From Candidatus Eiseniibacteriota bacterium (lineage in GTDB: Bacteria > ARS69), in the NCBI GenBank assembly GCA_052390515.1, contig JBQTGV010000124.1, forward strand, positions 1 to 47,509: a DNA stretch of 47,509 bases, in the 5' to 3' direction. This document shows positions 36,371-45,955 of this stretch, piece by piece. The translations under genes were made by a program, and so were the position numbers. Positions within the stretch are counted from its first letter, which is position 1. Each line of letters begins with the position of its first letter. The notes beneath the pieces were generated by a model. It did no database searches, was not told where the DNA came from, and was given only the letters and a program-made list of their open reading frames with translations.

Positions 36371-37348
36371 TCAGCGTCCCCGATCGATCATGAACTCCAC
36401 GGTGGCGATGAGCGGGGCCACGCCGGCCGCGCCGTTCAGGAACGTGAGCCGTTCGCGCGCGGCGAAGGCGTGACTCAGCGCCTCGGTCCGAGCCGCGGCG
36501 ACGCCGCCGCTCTGCAGGACGAACTCGCGGCACTCCTCCCACTCCGCCTCGGTGAGCCCGCCGCGGGCGAAGAGCTGCGCGACGCGGGTGGCCTGAGCCT
36601 GCTCGCCGCTCTCCAGCGCGAGGATCAGCGGCAGCGTGGCGAAGCCGAGTCGGAAATCGGTCCCCACCGGCTTCCCGATGGCGTCCGGATCGCCGGTGAA
36701 GTCGAACACGTCGTCGATGATCTGGAACGCCAAGCCCAGCTCCCGGCCGAATTCGACCAGCCGGCGTACCGTCTCGTCCGGCAACCCGGCGAGGCGAGCA
36801 CCGATCTCGCAGGAGGACTCGAAGAGCGTGCCGGTCTTCTCCGACACGATGCGGAAGTAGGTCTCCGGCGAAAGAGCCGGGTCGTGGCGGTTCGCGTATT
36901 CACGGTTCATGCCGCAGGTCATGCGGTGGGTCTGCCGCGTCAGCGTGGCCAGGGCGTCCATGAGCCCGTGCGCGCGAAGCAGCTCGAAGCCGGTGGTGAA
37001 CAGGTAGTCGCCCATGAGGATCGCGGCCTGTTCGCCGTAGCGGTGGTTCACCGTCGGTGTCCCGCGGCGCAGGTTGGTGCCGTCCAGGCAGTCGTCGTGC
37101 ACGAGCGTCGCGGTATGCACGAGCTCGATCACGGTGGACGCCCACAGCACCTGATCCCAGTCCGGATCGCGGCCGAGCCGCGCCACGAGCATGAGCAGGA
37201 GCGGACGCACGCGCTTGCCGCGCCGCGCGAGCACGTGCTCCATGATCTCGGCGGTGAGCGGAACGTCGGGACGCTCGATGGAGGCGAGGCGCTCTTCGAT
37301 GCGCTCGAGGTCGTCGTGGACCGCGGCGAGCACTTCGTGCAGCGTCAT
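36371..37348 (-). CDS. Trans-polyprenyl diphosphate synthase
   Basis: GKRVRP, ELVHTATLVHDD..D...RRG (FARM), KTG, AFQIIDD..D (SARM), GKP.G.D; start ATG 37348 (alternative TTG 37390). Confidence 0.94.
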   Translation of the reverse strand: MTLHEVLAAVHDDLERIEERLASIERPDVPLTAEIMEHVLARRGKRVRPLLLMLVARLGRDPDWDQVLWASTVIELVHTATLVHDDCLDGTNLRRGTPTVNHRYGEQAAILMGDYLFTTGFELLRAHGLMDALATLTRQTHRMTCGMNREYANRHDPALSPETYFRIVSEKTGTLFESSCEIGARLAGLPDETVRRLVEFGRELGLAFQIIDDVFDFTGDPDAIGKPVGTDFRLGFATLPLILALESGEQAQATRVAQLFARGGLTEAEWEECREFVLQSGGVAAARTEALSHAFAARERLTFLNGAAGVAPLIATVEFMIDRGR

Positions 37349-37450
37349 CTTCCCGCCGGCGGGTACGACGCGCGCCAGGGAATCGGGCAAGGATTACTCC
37401 GGGAAGCGGGATCGAGCCGGCCGAGACGCAAGGGACACGAAGCCTCGGGC

Positions 37451-37459
37451 AAGTTAGCA
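37451..37459 (-). promoter_or_regulatory. Putative extended -10 promoter (TGcTAACTT)
   Basis: TGnTAnnnT in the divergent gap upstream of the polyprenyl synthase. Confidence 0.4.
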
Positions 37460-37563
37460 AGTCCCGGCGGACCCGTCAACGCGCCGGCCGCGCCCCCGTG
37501 GGCAGGAACTTGCGCTCTATCAACGGCTTGCGACCGAGGGGCGTTGTCGCTCACGCGGGTGCG

Positions 37564-37572
37564 TGCTAGGCT
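37564..37572 (+). promoter_or_regulatory. Putative extended -10 promoter (TGcTAGGCT) giving a leaderless mRNA
   Basis: 7 nt before ATG 37580, no SD sequence. Confidence 0.5.
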
Positions 37573-37579
37573 CGCGCGG

Positions 37580-40012
37580 ATGACCCGCTCCGATTTCGCG
37601 GCCGGGACCGCGCTCGCGCTCGCGGTCGCGCTCTTCTTCGCCCCCGCGCTCTTCGGCGACCGAGCGGTCTTCACCTGGAACATGGACGTCTGGTACCCAT
37701 GGGCCGCCACGGCGTCCGAGAGCGATCTCGCCCGGCCGACGCGCCACGCGGACTGCGCGCGCCAGTTCGCGGTGATGCGCGCGTTGACCACCGAAGCCCT
37801 CAACGAGGGCCGGCTCCCGCTGTGGAACCCGTGGATCCTGTGCGGAACGCCGCTGCTGGCGAACTTCCAGCCGGCCGTCTTCTATCCGCCGAACCTCCTC
37901 CTGGCGGTCACCGGCCTGTCGCTGCCGGACCAGATGACCGCGTACCTCGCGCTGCACGTCCTACTTGGAATGGCGGGGACCTACGCCCTGCTGCGGAGAT
38001 ACCGCGTGCGCCCGCTCGCGGCGCTGGCCGGAGGCATCGTGTTCGGCTGGAGCGGGTTCAACGCGGCCCGCACCGGCCAGCCGACCCTGGTGGCGAGCGC
38101 GGCGTGGCTGCCCTGGGCCCTCGCCGCTTCACGCGGCTGGTTCGATCGGGGCGACGCGCGGTCCTGGGCGGGGATGGCGGCCACCCTGACTCTGTCCGGC
38201 CTCGCGGGCTTCGCCCAGATCTTCGTGCTCGCCGCGTACGCCTTCGGTCTGTTCGGGCTCGTGGACGGCCTGGCCTCGCCGCGGCGAAGCGACGTCGGCC
38301 GCTGGTTCGGCTGGGTCTCGGCGGGAGGACTCGCGCTCCTGCTGCTCTCGGTGCATCTCGTGCCCACCCTCGAGTTCATGTCCCTCGCTCAGGACGCGGA
38401 GTACCCCGCGGAGGACCTCGCCTCGGGGACGCTGCATCCGTGGGCGCTCGCCCAGCTCGTCGTCCCGCACCTGCTCGGCCCGCCGCTGGTCGGGGCGAAT
38501 GCGGCGCACCTGCTCTCCGTCGCCGGCGGCTACTACTTCCAGACGGAGCACAGCACCGCGGTCTACGTCGGGGCGCTGCCGCTCCTGCTGCCGGCCGTGC
38601 TCCTGCTGTCCCCCGGCGACCGCCGCCGCGAGACGCTGGCCGCGCTCCTCCTCGCCGGGCTCGGGCTCCTCTTCTGTCTGTGGACGCCGCTCACCGCGCT
38701 CGCGCTGCATCTGCCCGGCCTCGCGGTGTCGCGGCCGGATCGCGGGACGTTCCTGTGGTGCACGGGGATGGCGCTCGTCACCGGGCTCGCCGCGGATCGA
38801 CTCGCCTCGGCGGAAGGGCCCGGGCTGCGTCGTTGGGCCAACACGCTCGCAGTCTTCGCCGGAACCTGCGCCGCTCTGGTCGCCGCCACGCTGTCCGTCG
38901 CCGGGCCCCGCCTCATGCCGCCCATGGTCGTCGCGCATCTGGGAGAGCCTGCGGTGCGCGCCGCCGCCGTTCAGGCGCTGGCGTCGTTTGCGGTGGCGCT
39001 GGCGATCCTCTTCCTGCGCGCGCGCGGTACGATCGGCTCGCGAACGTTCCTCCTCGCGACGCTGGCGTTCGTTCTCGCGGACGTGGGCCGGCACGCGTCG
39101 GTCTTCAACGTGATGCAGCCCGAGTCGTCCATCTTCCGGCCGGCGCAGCCGGGTGGGAGCCTCGAGTTCCTGCGGGCGCGGCGCGACGACGAAGGTCCTT
39201 TCCGGATCATGGCCTACGAACCGAGGAGGAGCCCCTTCGGCGGCGTTCTGCCCCCCTCGGTCGGAGCCGTCTACGATGTGGAGGACGTCCGCGGCTTCGA
39301 CTCGATCAACACGGCGGCCATCCGAGAGGTGCTGGAGGCGATCGACCCCGGCATCATCGTCGAGCGGCGCGGCAATTTCCGCGGGGTGACGGAGGCCGCG
39401 GCCTTCGCCCTCCCGCTCCTCGACCTTCTGAACGTCCGCTACGTCCTCGCCGAGCGAAGCGCCGGAGCGCTCCCCGGGCTCGAGGCGGTGCACGCCTCGG
39501 ACCTGGCAGTCCACCGGAACCCCGGAGCCCTGCCGCGGGCTTTCCTGGTGGGCGAAGTCCGGGTCGTCGAAGAGCCCGCCGCCCTCCTCGCGGCGATGGC
39601 CGCACCGTCCTTTCGCCCGGATCTTTGGGCCTACTCGGCGGTTCCCATCGACGGGCCGGAGCCTCTGGGCGGCGTCTCGCCCGGGACCGCGCGGGTCCTC
39701 CGACACCTGCCGGAGCGCGTCGCGGTGGAGGTGCAGGCCGACCGGCCCGCGCTCCTGGTACTGGCGGACTCGTGGTATCCGGGCTGGAAGGCCTCGGTCG
39801 CCGGCCGCGAGCGGCCGATCCACCGGGTGGATCACATCTTCCGAGGGGTCGTCGTGGGACCCGAGGATCGCGAAGTGAACTTCGAGTACCGTCCCGCCTC
39901 GTTCCGGCTCGGAGCGGCGCTTTCGCTCGCCGGGCTCGCCCTGCTGGCGCTCGGCTCCTGGCTCGTGTCGCGGACCGCAGGGTGCGGCTCTACCCCGCCG
40001 GCGGCCCGATGA
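37580..40012 (+). CDS. YfhO-family (GT-C) membrane protein
   Basis: G.LPLWNP...CG.PLLANFQ..VFYP, multi-TM, LDLLNVRY, NPGALPRAF, LVLADSWYPGWKA.V, FRGV, F.YRP; real start ATG 37580 (MTRSDF). Confidence 0.88.
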   Translation: MTRSDFAAGTALALAVALFFAPALFGDRAVFTWNMDVWYPWAATASESDLARPTRHADCARQFAVMRALTTEALNEGRLPLWNPWILCGTPLLANFQPAVFYPPNLLLAVTGLSLPDQMTAYLALHVLLGMAGTYALLRRYRVRPLAALAGGIVFGWSGFNAARTGQPTLVASAAWLPWALAASRGWFDRGDARSWAGMAATLTLSGLAGFAQIFVLAAYAFGLFGLVDGLASPRRSDVGRWFGWVSAGGLALLLLSVHLVPTLEFMSLAQDAEYPAEDLASGTLHPWALAQLVVPHLLGPPLVGANAAHLLSVAGGYYFQTEHSTAVYVGALPLLLPAVLLLSPGDRRRETLAALLLAGLGLLFCLWTPLTALALHLPGLAVSRPDRGTFLWCTGMALVTGLAADRLASAEGPGLRRWANTLAVFAGTCAALVAATLSVAGPRLMPPMVVAHLGEPAVRAAAVQALASFAVALAILFLRARGTIGSRTFLLATLAFVLADVGRHASVFNVMQPESSIFRPAQPGGSLEFLRARRDDEGPFRIMAYEPRRSPFGGVLPPSVGAVYDVEDVRGFDSINTAAIREVLEAIDPGIIVERRGNFRGVTEAAAFALPLLDLLNVRYVLAERSAGALPGLEAVHASDLAVHRNPGALPRAFLVGEVRVVEEPAALLAAMAAPSFRPDLWAYSAVPIDGPEPLGGVSPGTARVLRHLPERVAVEVQADRPALLVLADSWYPGWKASVAGRERPIHRVDHIFRGVVVGPEDREVNFEYRPASFRLGAALSLAGLALLALGSWLVSRTAGCGSTPPAAR

Positions 40013-41292
40013 GGCGGGCCGTCGCGCCGGCGCTGGCCTTCGCCCTCGCCTGCGGTTGCGCCGGGGAGCCCGCTCCCATCCCGCGTCCCTCCGGCCGGGT
40101 CTTCGTGATCGGCATCGACGGCGCAACCTGGGACCGGCTCGCGCCGCTCATCGAGACCGGGCGGCTCAAGTCGTTCAATACGCTTCTCCGAGAAGGGGTG
40201 CGCGCCCCGCTCGAGTCCATGCTGCCCACGGTGAGCCCGGCGCTCTGGACCACCGTCGCCACGGGCAAGTCCTTCGAGAAGCACGGCATCAACGACTTCA
40301 CGTTCCTGGCCGACGACGACGGCGAGCGCAACGCCGCCATCATGCACATGACGTCGAACATGCGGCGGACGAAGGCGCTCTGGAACATCCTCGGCGACGT
40401 GGGCAAGCGCAGCGCCTTCGTGGGCTGGTGGGTGTCCTGGCCGGCGGAACCGGTGAACGGCTACATCGTTTCCAGCCACGTGCCGCTGCAGCAGAGCGGC
40501 GGTCGGTCCACGCCGACGAAGGGGACGCTCGCGCCGGATCTCGAGGGGCAGACCTGGCCGCCGGAGCTGTTCGGGGAGATCGCCCCGCTGATCCGACCCG
40601 CCGACGGCGTCACCTTCGACGAGGCGAGCCGCTTCATGATGATCGACGAGGACGAGATCGGCCGCGACATCGTCGAGGGATTCCGCTGGGCGTACTCCGC
40701 GGACGAAACCTACCGGGCGGTGACGCGGCACCTGCTGGAGAAGGACCCGGACATCGAGCTGTGGGGCATCTACTTCAACGGCATCGACGTCGTGGAGCAC
40801 CGTTACTGGAAGTACAACGAGCCCGACGCCTACCGTGCGTTCGACCGCGAAGAGATTCCGCGCTTCCGCAACGTGATCGACCGCTACTACAAGTACACGG
40901 ACGAGCTCATCTGGGACATCCTCGAGCAACGGCGCCCCGACGACACGTTCTTCATCGTCTCCGACCACGGGTTCCACGCGCGCGGCCACAAGGACGCGCC
41001 GGCCGGCGTGTTCGTGGCCGCAGGGCGACACATCGCGGGGGGAGTCGAGCCGATCGCCCCGAAGCTCGCCGACATCGCACCGACGGTGCTGGCCCTGCTG
41101 GGGATCCCGGCGGCGGAAGACATGGATGGGCGGGTGATGGATGAGCTGTTCACGGAGGAGTGGCGCGCCGCGTATCCGCGCGAACGTATTCCCACATACG
41201 ACACCGAGGGCTGGCGCGAACAGGTGCCGATCGCGTCCGGCGTGGACGAGGAGCTCATGGAGCGGCTCCGCGGGCTCGGGTACGTCGAGTGA
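40009..41292 (+). CDS. Alkaline phosphatase superfamily (NPP/phosphodiesterase-type) lipoprotein
   Basis: ATG 40009 overlapping yfhO stop; signal ending ACGC; IGIDGATW, SPALWTT.ATG, VSDHGF, LRGLGYVE. Confidence 0.87.
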   Translation: MRRAVAPALAFALACGCAGEPAPIPRPSGRVFVIGIDGATWDRLAPLIETGRLKSFNTLLREGVRAPLESMLPTVSPALWTTVATGKSFEKHGINDFTFLADDDGERNAAIMHMTSNMRRTKALWNILGDVGKRSAFVGWWVSWPAEPVNGYIVSSHVPLQQSGGRSTPTKGTLAPDLEGQTWPPELFGEIAPLIRPADGVTFDEASRFMMIDEDEIGRDIVEGFRWAYSADETYRAVTRHLLEKDPDIELWGIYFNGIDVVEHRYWKYNEPDAYRAFDREEIPRFRNVIDRYYKYTDELIWDILEQRRPDDTFFIVSDHGFHARGHKDAPAGVFVAAGRHIAGGVEPIAPKLADIAPTVLALLGIPAAEDMDGRVMDELFTEEWRAAYPRERIPTYDTEGWREQVPIASGVDEELMERLRGLGYVE

Positions 41293-42602
41293 GACGCGCG
41301 CTGGCGGGGCTGGTCGCCGCGGCGCTCGCGGCGGGGCCGGGATGCTCCCGCGTCGAGCGGGAGCCGGCGGCCACCTCGCTCATCGGGCTCGACGGGGCCG
41401 ACTGGCGCATCGCGCTGCCGCTGATCCGCCAGGGCAAGCTGCCGGTGCTCGCCGCACTCAGGCAGGCCGGCGCGGCCGGGACCATGCTCACCAACGCCGA
41501 CTACCGCTGGTCGCCGGTGCTGTGGACCTCGATCGCGACGGGAAGACTGCCCGACGCCCACGGGGTCACGAGCTTCATGACCCGGGTGGAGGGGTTCGAT
41601 CGCCTGCTGCCGACGCCATCGACGTCGCGGAAGTGCCGCGCGCTCTGGAACATCTTCTCCGAGCGCGAGCGGACCGTCGGCTTCGTCGGCTGGTGGTGCA
41701 CGTGGCCGGCCGAGCCGGTCCACGGCTTCCTCGTCACCGACCACTTCTCGGCGACGCGCTTCGGCCTCGGCCCCGACTTCGAAGGCGAGGTCGACGAGCG
41801 TTTCACCGAGAGCCAGACGTGGCCGGAGGAGCTCGCCGTCGAGATCGCTTCGCTCGTGGTGGATCGCCGCTCCATCGGTCGCGAGGACTTCGCGCTCTTC
41901 GCCGACCTGCAGGAAGGGTTCGTCTTCCCCGAGCAGTTCGCGAAGTTCGACAAGCCCAGCGAGTTCGCGATCGCGCACGCCGTGGACCGGACGCACTTCG
42001 GCGCGGCGCGGAAGCTCCTGGAGGAGCGCCGGCCGGAGCTCTTCGGCGTGTTCTTCGAGGGAATCGACATCCTGCAGCACTACTTCTGGGAGTTCATGGA
42101 TCCCGCAGGGAGCGGAACGGCGCCTTCCGCGGCCGACGTGGCGGCCTTCGGCCAGGCGATCGAGCGCTACTACGCGTGGACCGACGGGCTCGTCGGGCAG
42201 CTCGTGGACGCCGGCGGTGAAGGTCGCGCGATCCTGCTCGTCTCCGACCATGGCTTCCGCCCTTCGACGGAGCGCTGGCCGGACAAGGGCATCTCCGGCG
42301 AGCATCGCAGGCAGTCATTCTTCCTCTTCGCCGGACCCGGCGTTCGCCGCGGCGTTCCCGCCGGTGACGTGGACGCGGTGGACGTGGCGCCCACGCTGAT
42401 CTCCTACCACGGGTTGCCGCTGGCGAAAGACCTGGACGGGGAGGCGAGGACCGCGCTGCTGACGGACACGTGGCTCGCCGCGCATGCCGCCGAGCCGGTG
42501 GCGACGTACGAGACCGGTCCCTGGGAGCGCGGGAAGCTCCCTGCCGCCTCGGCTGCCGCCGACCTGGAGGAGCGCATCCGGGCCCTGGGGTACATCGAGT
42601 GA
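41289..42602 (+). CDS. Alkaline phosphatase superfamily (NPP/phosphodiesterase-type) probable lipoprotein, paralog of upstream gene
   Basis: GTG 41289; IGLDGADW, SPVLWTSIATG, VSDHGF, IRALGYIE. Confidence 0.87.
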   Translation: MRRALAGLVAAALAAGPGCSRVEREPAATSLIGLDGADWRIALPLIRQGKLPVLAALRQAGAAGTMLTNADYRWSPVLWTSIATGRLPDAHGVTSFMTRVEGFDRLLPTPSTSRKCRALWNIFSERERTVGFVGWWCTWPAEPVHGFLVTDHFSATRFGLGPDFEGEVDERFTESQTWPEELAVEIASLVVDRRSIGREDFALFADLQEGFVFPEQFAKFDKPSEFAIAHAVDRTHFGAARKLLEERRPELFGVFFEGIDILQHYFWEFMDPAGSGTAPSAADVAAFGQAIERYYAWTDGLVGQLVDAGGEGRAILLVSDHGFRPSTERWPDKGISGEHRRQSFFLFAGPGVRRGVPAGDVDAVDVAPTLISYHGLPLAKDLDGEARTALLTDTWLAAHAAEPVATYETGPWERGKLPAASAAADLEERIRALGYIE

Positions 42603-43942
42603 GACGCTCGAACGCGGCGACCGTCCTGGCGGCGGCGGTCGTGACCGGGCTCGGCGCGTGCACGGAGACGCCCGCACCGCGCCACCCCGCACCGGCGAAG
42701 ATCGTGCTGGTGACGCTGGACACGTTTCGCGCGGATCATCTCGGGGCGGCGGGTCATCCCGCGGTGCGCACTCCCTTTCTGGACCGCCTGGCGCGCGGCT
42801 CGACGCACTGGCCGCTGGCCGTGACCGCCATCCCCCTGACGACGCCGTCGCACGCCACGATCCTGACCGGGCTGACGCCGCGCACGCACGGCGTGCTGCG
42901 GAACCGCATGGTGCTGCCGGAGGCGCGGACCACGCTCGCCGAGCAGCTCCGCGAGTCCGGCTGGAGCACCGGCGCCGTGGTGTCCAGCGAGACCGTGCTC
43001 GGGCCCGAGCTGGATCTCGACCAGGGCTTCGATACCTACGACGTGGTCATACCGGAATCGAGGCCGGCGAGCGGCCACGGCGCGGAGACGACGGCAGCGG
43101 CGCTCCGCTGGCTCGAGGAGCACGCGCTGGACCGGGCGTTCCTATGGGTGCACTACTTCGACGCCCACCTGCCCTACCTTCCTCCCGCGCCGCTCGATCG
43201 CCTCTACGACGCGGACTACACCGGGCCTTTCGCCCGGCCGGAGCAGCCCATCCAGGACGTTTTCCGCGACGAGGCCGCCGACCCGCGCGACATTCGCCAT
43301 GTCGCCGCGCTCTACGCGGGGGAGGTCACGTTCCTGGACCGTGCGGCGGGCCGGCTGCTGCGCGTGCTGCCCGACGACGCACTCATCGTCGTGACCGCCG
43401 ACCACGGCGAAGGTCTTCGCGAGCACGAGCGCTACTTCGGGCACGACATCCTGCTCTATGACACCGTCGCGCGGGTGCCGCTGCTGGTGCGCGGCGCCGG
43501 ACCTTCGCCCCGGCTCTCGATGGAGCCGGCGCGCACGACGGACATCGCGCCGACGATCCTCGCGTTCTGCGGCGTGCCGCCCGCGGCCGCCGAGGGCCGC
43601 GACCTGCTCGGCCCGCCGCCCGAGGGCGACGGCCTGCTCTTCGTCCTGGAGACCCATCCCTCGCACGAGAAGGCGGAGCCCATCTTCGCCCTGCGCACCG
43701 ATGACGAGAAGGTGATCTGGAAGCAGCGCGAGCGTCGCTTCGAGTACTACGATCTCGTCGCCGACCCCGCGGAGCGGAACGATCTCGGCGCGGGACGGGA
43801 CGACTACGAGGTCCTGGCCGCGGACCTCGAGCTGGATCTGCGCACGCGGCCGCCGGGCAAGGCGCTGACCATCGACGAGCAGCGCGGCGGGCTCGACGCC
43901 ACGACCCGCGAGGCTCTGCGCAGCCTCGGCTACGTGGACTGA
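42599..43942 (+). CDS. Sulfatase-like hydrolase/transferase lipoprotein
   Basis: GTG 42599; lipobox LGAC; LDTFRADH, PLTTPSHATILTG, HYFDAHLPY, ADHGE, LRSLGYVD. Confidence 0.87.
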   Translation: MRRSNAATVLAAAVVTGLGACTETPAPRHPAPAKIVLVTLDTFRADHLGAAGHPAVRTPFLDRLARGSTHWPLAVTAIPLTTPSHATILTGLTPRTHGVLRNRMVLPEARTTLAEQLRESGWSTGAVVSSETVLGPELDLDQGFDTYDVVIPESRPASGHGAETTAAALRWLEEHALDRAFLWVHYFDAHLPYLPPAPLDRLYDADYTGPFARPEQPIQDVFRDEAADPRDIRHVAALYAGEVTFLDRAAGRLLRVLPDDALIVVTADHGEGLREHERYFGHDILLYDTVARVPLLVRGAGPSPRLSMEPARTTDIAPTILAFCGVPPAAAEGRDLLGPPPEGDGLLFVLETHPSHEKAEPIFALRTDDEKVIWKQRERRFEYYDLVADPAERNDLGAGRDDYEVLAADLELDLRTRPPGKALTIDEQRGGLDATTREALRSLGYVD

Positions 43943-44691
43943 TCCCTCCCCCGCCGGCTCCGCGCGATCAGGTGCGCCAGCACCATGGAGACGACGTACA
44001 GCACCAGCACCGGCGCGGCCATGAGCAGCTGCGAGGCCACGTCCGGGGGCGTGAGCACGGCCGACACGACGAACACCAGCACGACGCCGTGCCGCCAGTA
44101 GCGGCGCAGGAAGTCGGGCGACAGGACGTCCCACCAGGTGAGCACGGCGACGACGAGGGGGAACTGGAAGACGAGCCCGAAAGCGAGCAGGGAGCGAAGC
44201 ACGAACTGGAAGTACCGCTCCGCCTCGATCATCGGCTGGATGAGCTCGCTGCCGAAGCCGAGCAGGAACCGGACCGACATTGGCACGACGAGAAGATGGG
44301 CGAAGAGCGCTCCCGCGTAGAACAGGAACACCGACGAGACCACGACCGGCAGGAGCAGGCCGCGTTCCTTGCGCAACAGCCCCGGCACGACGAAGCTCCA
44401 CAGGCGCCACACCACGATCGGCGCGGCGAGGAACAGTCCCAGCCCGAGCGCGGTCTTGACCCGAAGCATGAACGCGCCGCTCGGGCTGAGGAAGACCAGG
44501 CGCTCACCCGGTCCGAGCGCCGGACCGATCATCAGATCCAGGGCCCGTTCGGCCAGGAACCATGCGCCGACACTCGCCAGACCCACGGCGACGATGGACT
44601 GCAGCAGCACCCGGCGCAGCTCGGCCAGGTGCTCGAAGAGAGTCATCTCTCCGCCGGCCAGCTCCTGCCTCTTGACCTTGTCGCTATCCAT
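43930..44691 (-). CDS. tatC: Twin-arginine translocase subunit TatC
   Basis: MTLFEHLAELRR, F..PGL..KER, FGLVFQFP, AVLTPPD..SQ. Confidence 0.96.
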   Translation of the reverse strand: MDSDKVKRQELAGGEMTLFEHLAELRRVLLQSIVAVGLASVGAWFLAERALDLMIGPALGPGERLVFLSPSGAFMLRVKTALGLGLFLAAPIVVWRLWSFVVPGLLRKERGLLLPVVVSSVFLFYAGALFAHLLVVPMSVRFLLGFGSELIQPMIEAERYFQFVLRSLLAFGLVFQFPLVVAVLTWWDVLSPDFLRRYWRHGVVLVFVVSAVLTPPDVASQLLMAAPVLVLYVVSMVLAHLIARSRRGRDQST

Positions 44692-45955
44692 CGCCGAGCG
44701 GCTCGAGGTCCTCGCCCACCGGACCGGCGACGGCCAGCACGCGGGCTCCGCCCACCAGGCGCGCCGCCGCCCGCTTCACGTCGGCGGCTCCGAGCGCACG
44801 CATGCGCGGCACGTAGGTCTCCAGGTAGTCGTGCGGCCAGCCGTAGAACGACGCCCGCGACCAGAAGCGCGCGAGCTTCCCATAAGTGGTGAGCCGCAGC
44901 GGGAAGGAGCCGGTAAGGTGATCGCGCGCGTCATCCAGTTCGGCGGGAGTCACTCCCTCGGTGATCTTGGCGAGCTCCGCGCGGACGCTGTCCACCGCCC
45001 GGCGCACGTTCTCCGGCCGCGTTCCGACGTGCACCTGGAAGAAGCCGCCCCGCGACCGCTCGTAGTTGCGGCTGTACACCGAGTACGCGAGGCCGAGGCG
45101 GTCTCGGATCTCGTCGCCGAGCCGCGAGCGGATCGAGCTGGATCCGAGGATGTGGTTCGCCACGATCGCGCCGAAGCGGTCCGGGTCGTTCGCGGAGAGG
45201 CCGTGGCCTCCAAGGAAGATCCGTGCCTGCCCCTTCTCCGGCCGGGTGCGCACCACGACGCGATCCTCGTTCGCCAGCGGCAGGGCGGGGATGTCGTCGG
45301 CCGGCTCCGGCGGATTGGGAAGGCGGCCGAAGCGCTCCTGCAGCAGATGCAGCGCGCGGTCCTCGTCGAAGTCGCCCACGAGGGCGAGGTGCGCTCGGTC
45401 CGGCCGGTAGGCCCGCCGGTGGAAGGCGCCGAGGTCCGTCGCCTGCACGGCGCGCGTCCCCTCCTTCGTGCCGTGCGGGAGGTTCGCGTAGGGGTGCCGG
45501 CCACCTGCCGCGCGGAAGAACAGATCCTCGGCCACGTCGTCCAGATCGTCCTCGCGCGCGTCGAGGTCGGAAAGCGCGAGCGAGCGCACCGTCTCGAGGT
45601 CGGACTCACGGAAGGCCGGCGCCTCCAGCAGCCCGGCGACGAGATCGAGCCCGGTCGGCAGGTGGCGGGCCAGGAAGGTGGCATCGCCGTGCACCAGCTC
45701 CGAGCCCGCCCCCAGCGAGAACTCCGCGCCGATGCGCTCGAAACGCCGGCTGAACTCCACGAACTCGACCCCGACCGGGCCGCGCTCCATCGAGTCGGCT
45801 ACGAGGTTCGCGAGCCCTTCCCGTCCCGGTGGATCGAAGACCGCACCGCCGCGGAACAGCAGGGAGAGAGCGACCAGCGGATCCGTGCGGTCGGGCTCCA
45901 GGATCACGGACAATCCGTTGTCGAGCGTGAAACGCCGGACCGCGGGCCTCAGCAC
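44684..45955 (-). CDS. M16 (pitrilysin-family) peptidase, non-catalytic subunit
   Basis: TLDNGL, GLANL (HxxEH absent), SRL..EIR..LGLAYSV; GTG 45955 overlaps upstream gene. Confidence 0.88.
   Translation of the reverse strand: MLRPAVRRFTLDNGLSVILEPDRTDPLVALSLLFRGGAVFDPPGREGLANLVADSMERGPVGVEFVEFSRRFERIGAEFSLGAGSELVHGDATFLARHLPTGLDLVAGLLEAPAFRESDLETVRSLALSDLDAREDDLDDVAEDLFFRAAGGRHPYANLPHGTKEGTRAVQATDLGAFHRRAYRPDRAHLALVGDFDEDRALHLLQERFGRLPNPPEPADDIPALPLANEDRVVVRTRPEKGQARIFLGGHGLSANDPDRFGAIVANHILGSSSIRSRLGDEIRDRLGLAYSVYSRNYERSRGGFFQVHVGTRPENVRRAVDSVRAELAKITEGVTPAELDDARDHLTGSFPLRLTTYGKLARFWSRASFYGWPHDYLETYVPRMRALGAADVKRAAARLVGGARVLAVAGPVGEDLEPLGDG

Noticed and set aside
37499-37514. Possible sigma-54 site TGGGCAGGAACTTGCG before yfhO
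   Set aside because: The -24 core does not match GGCAC, and a better extended -10 explains the gene.
36299-41292. Apparent giant 1237-aa and 1197-aa ORFs
   Set aside because: Their N-terminal parts are shadow sequence; the real genes start at 37580 (YfhO) and 40009 (AP-family).
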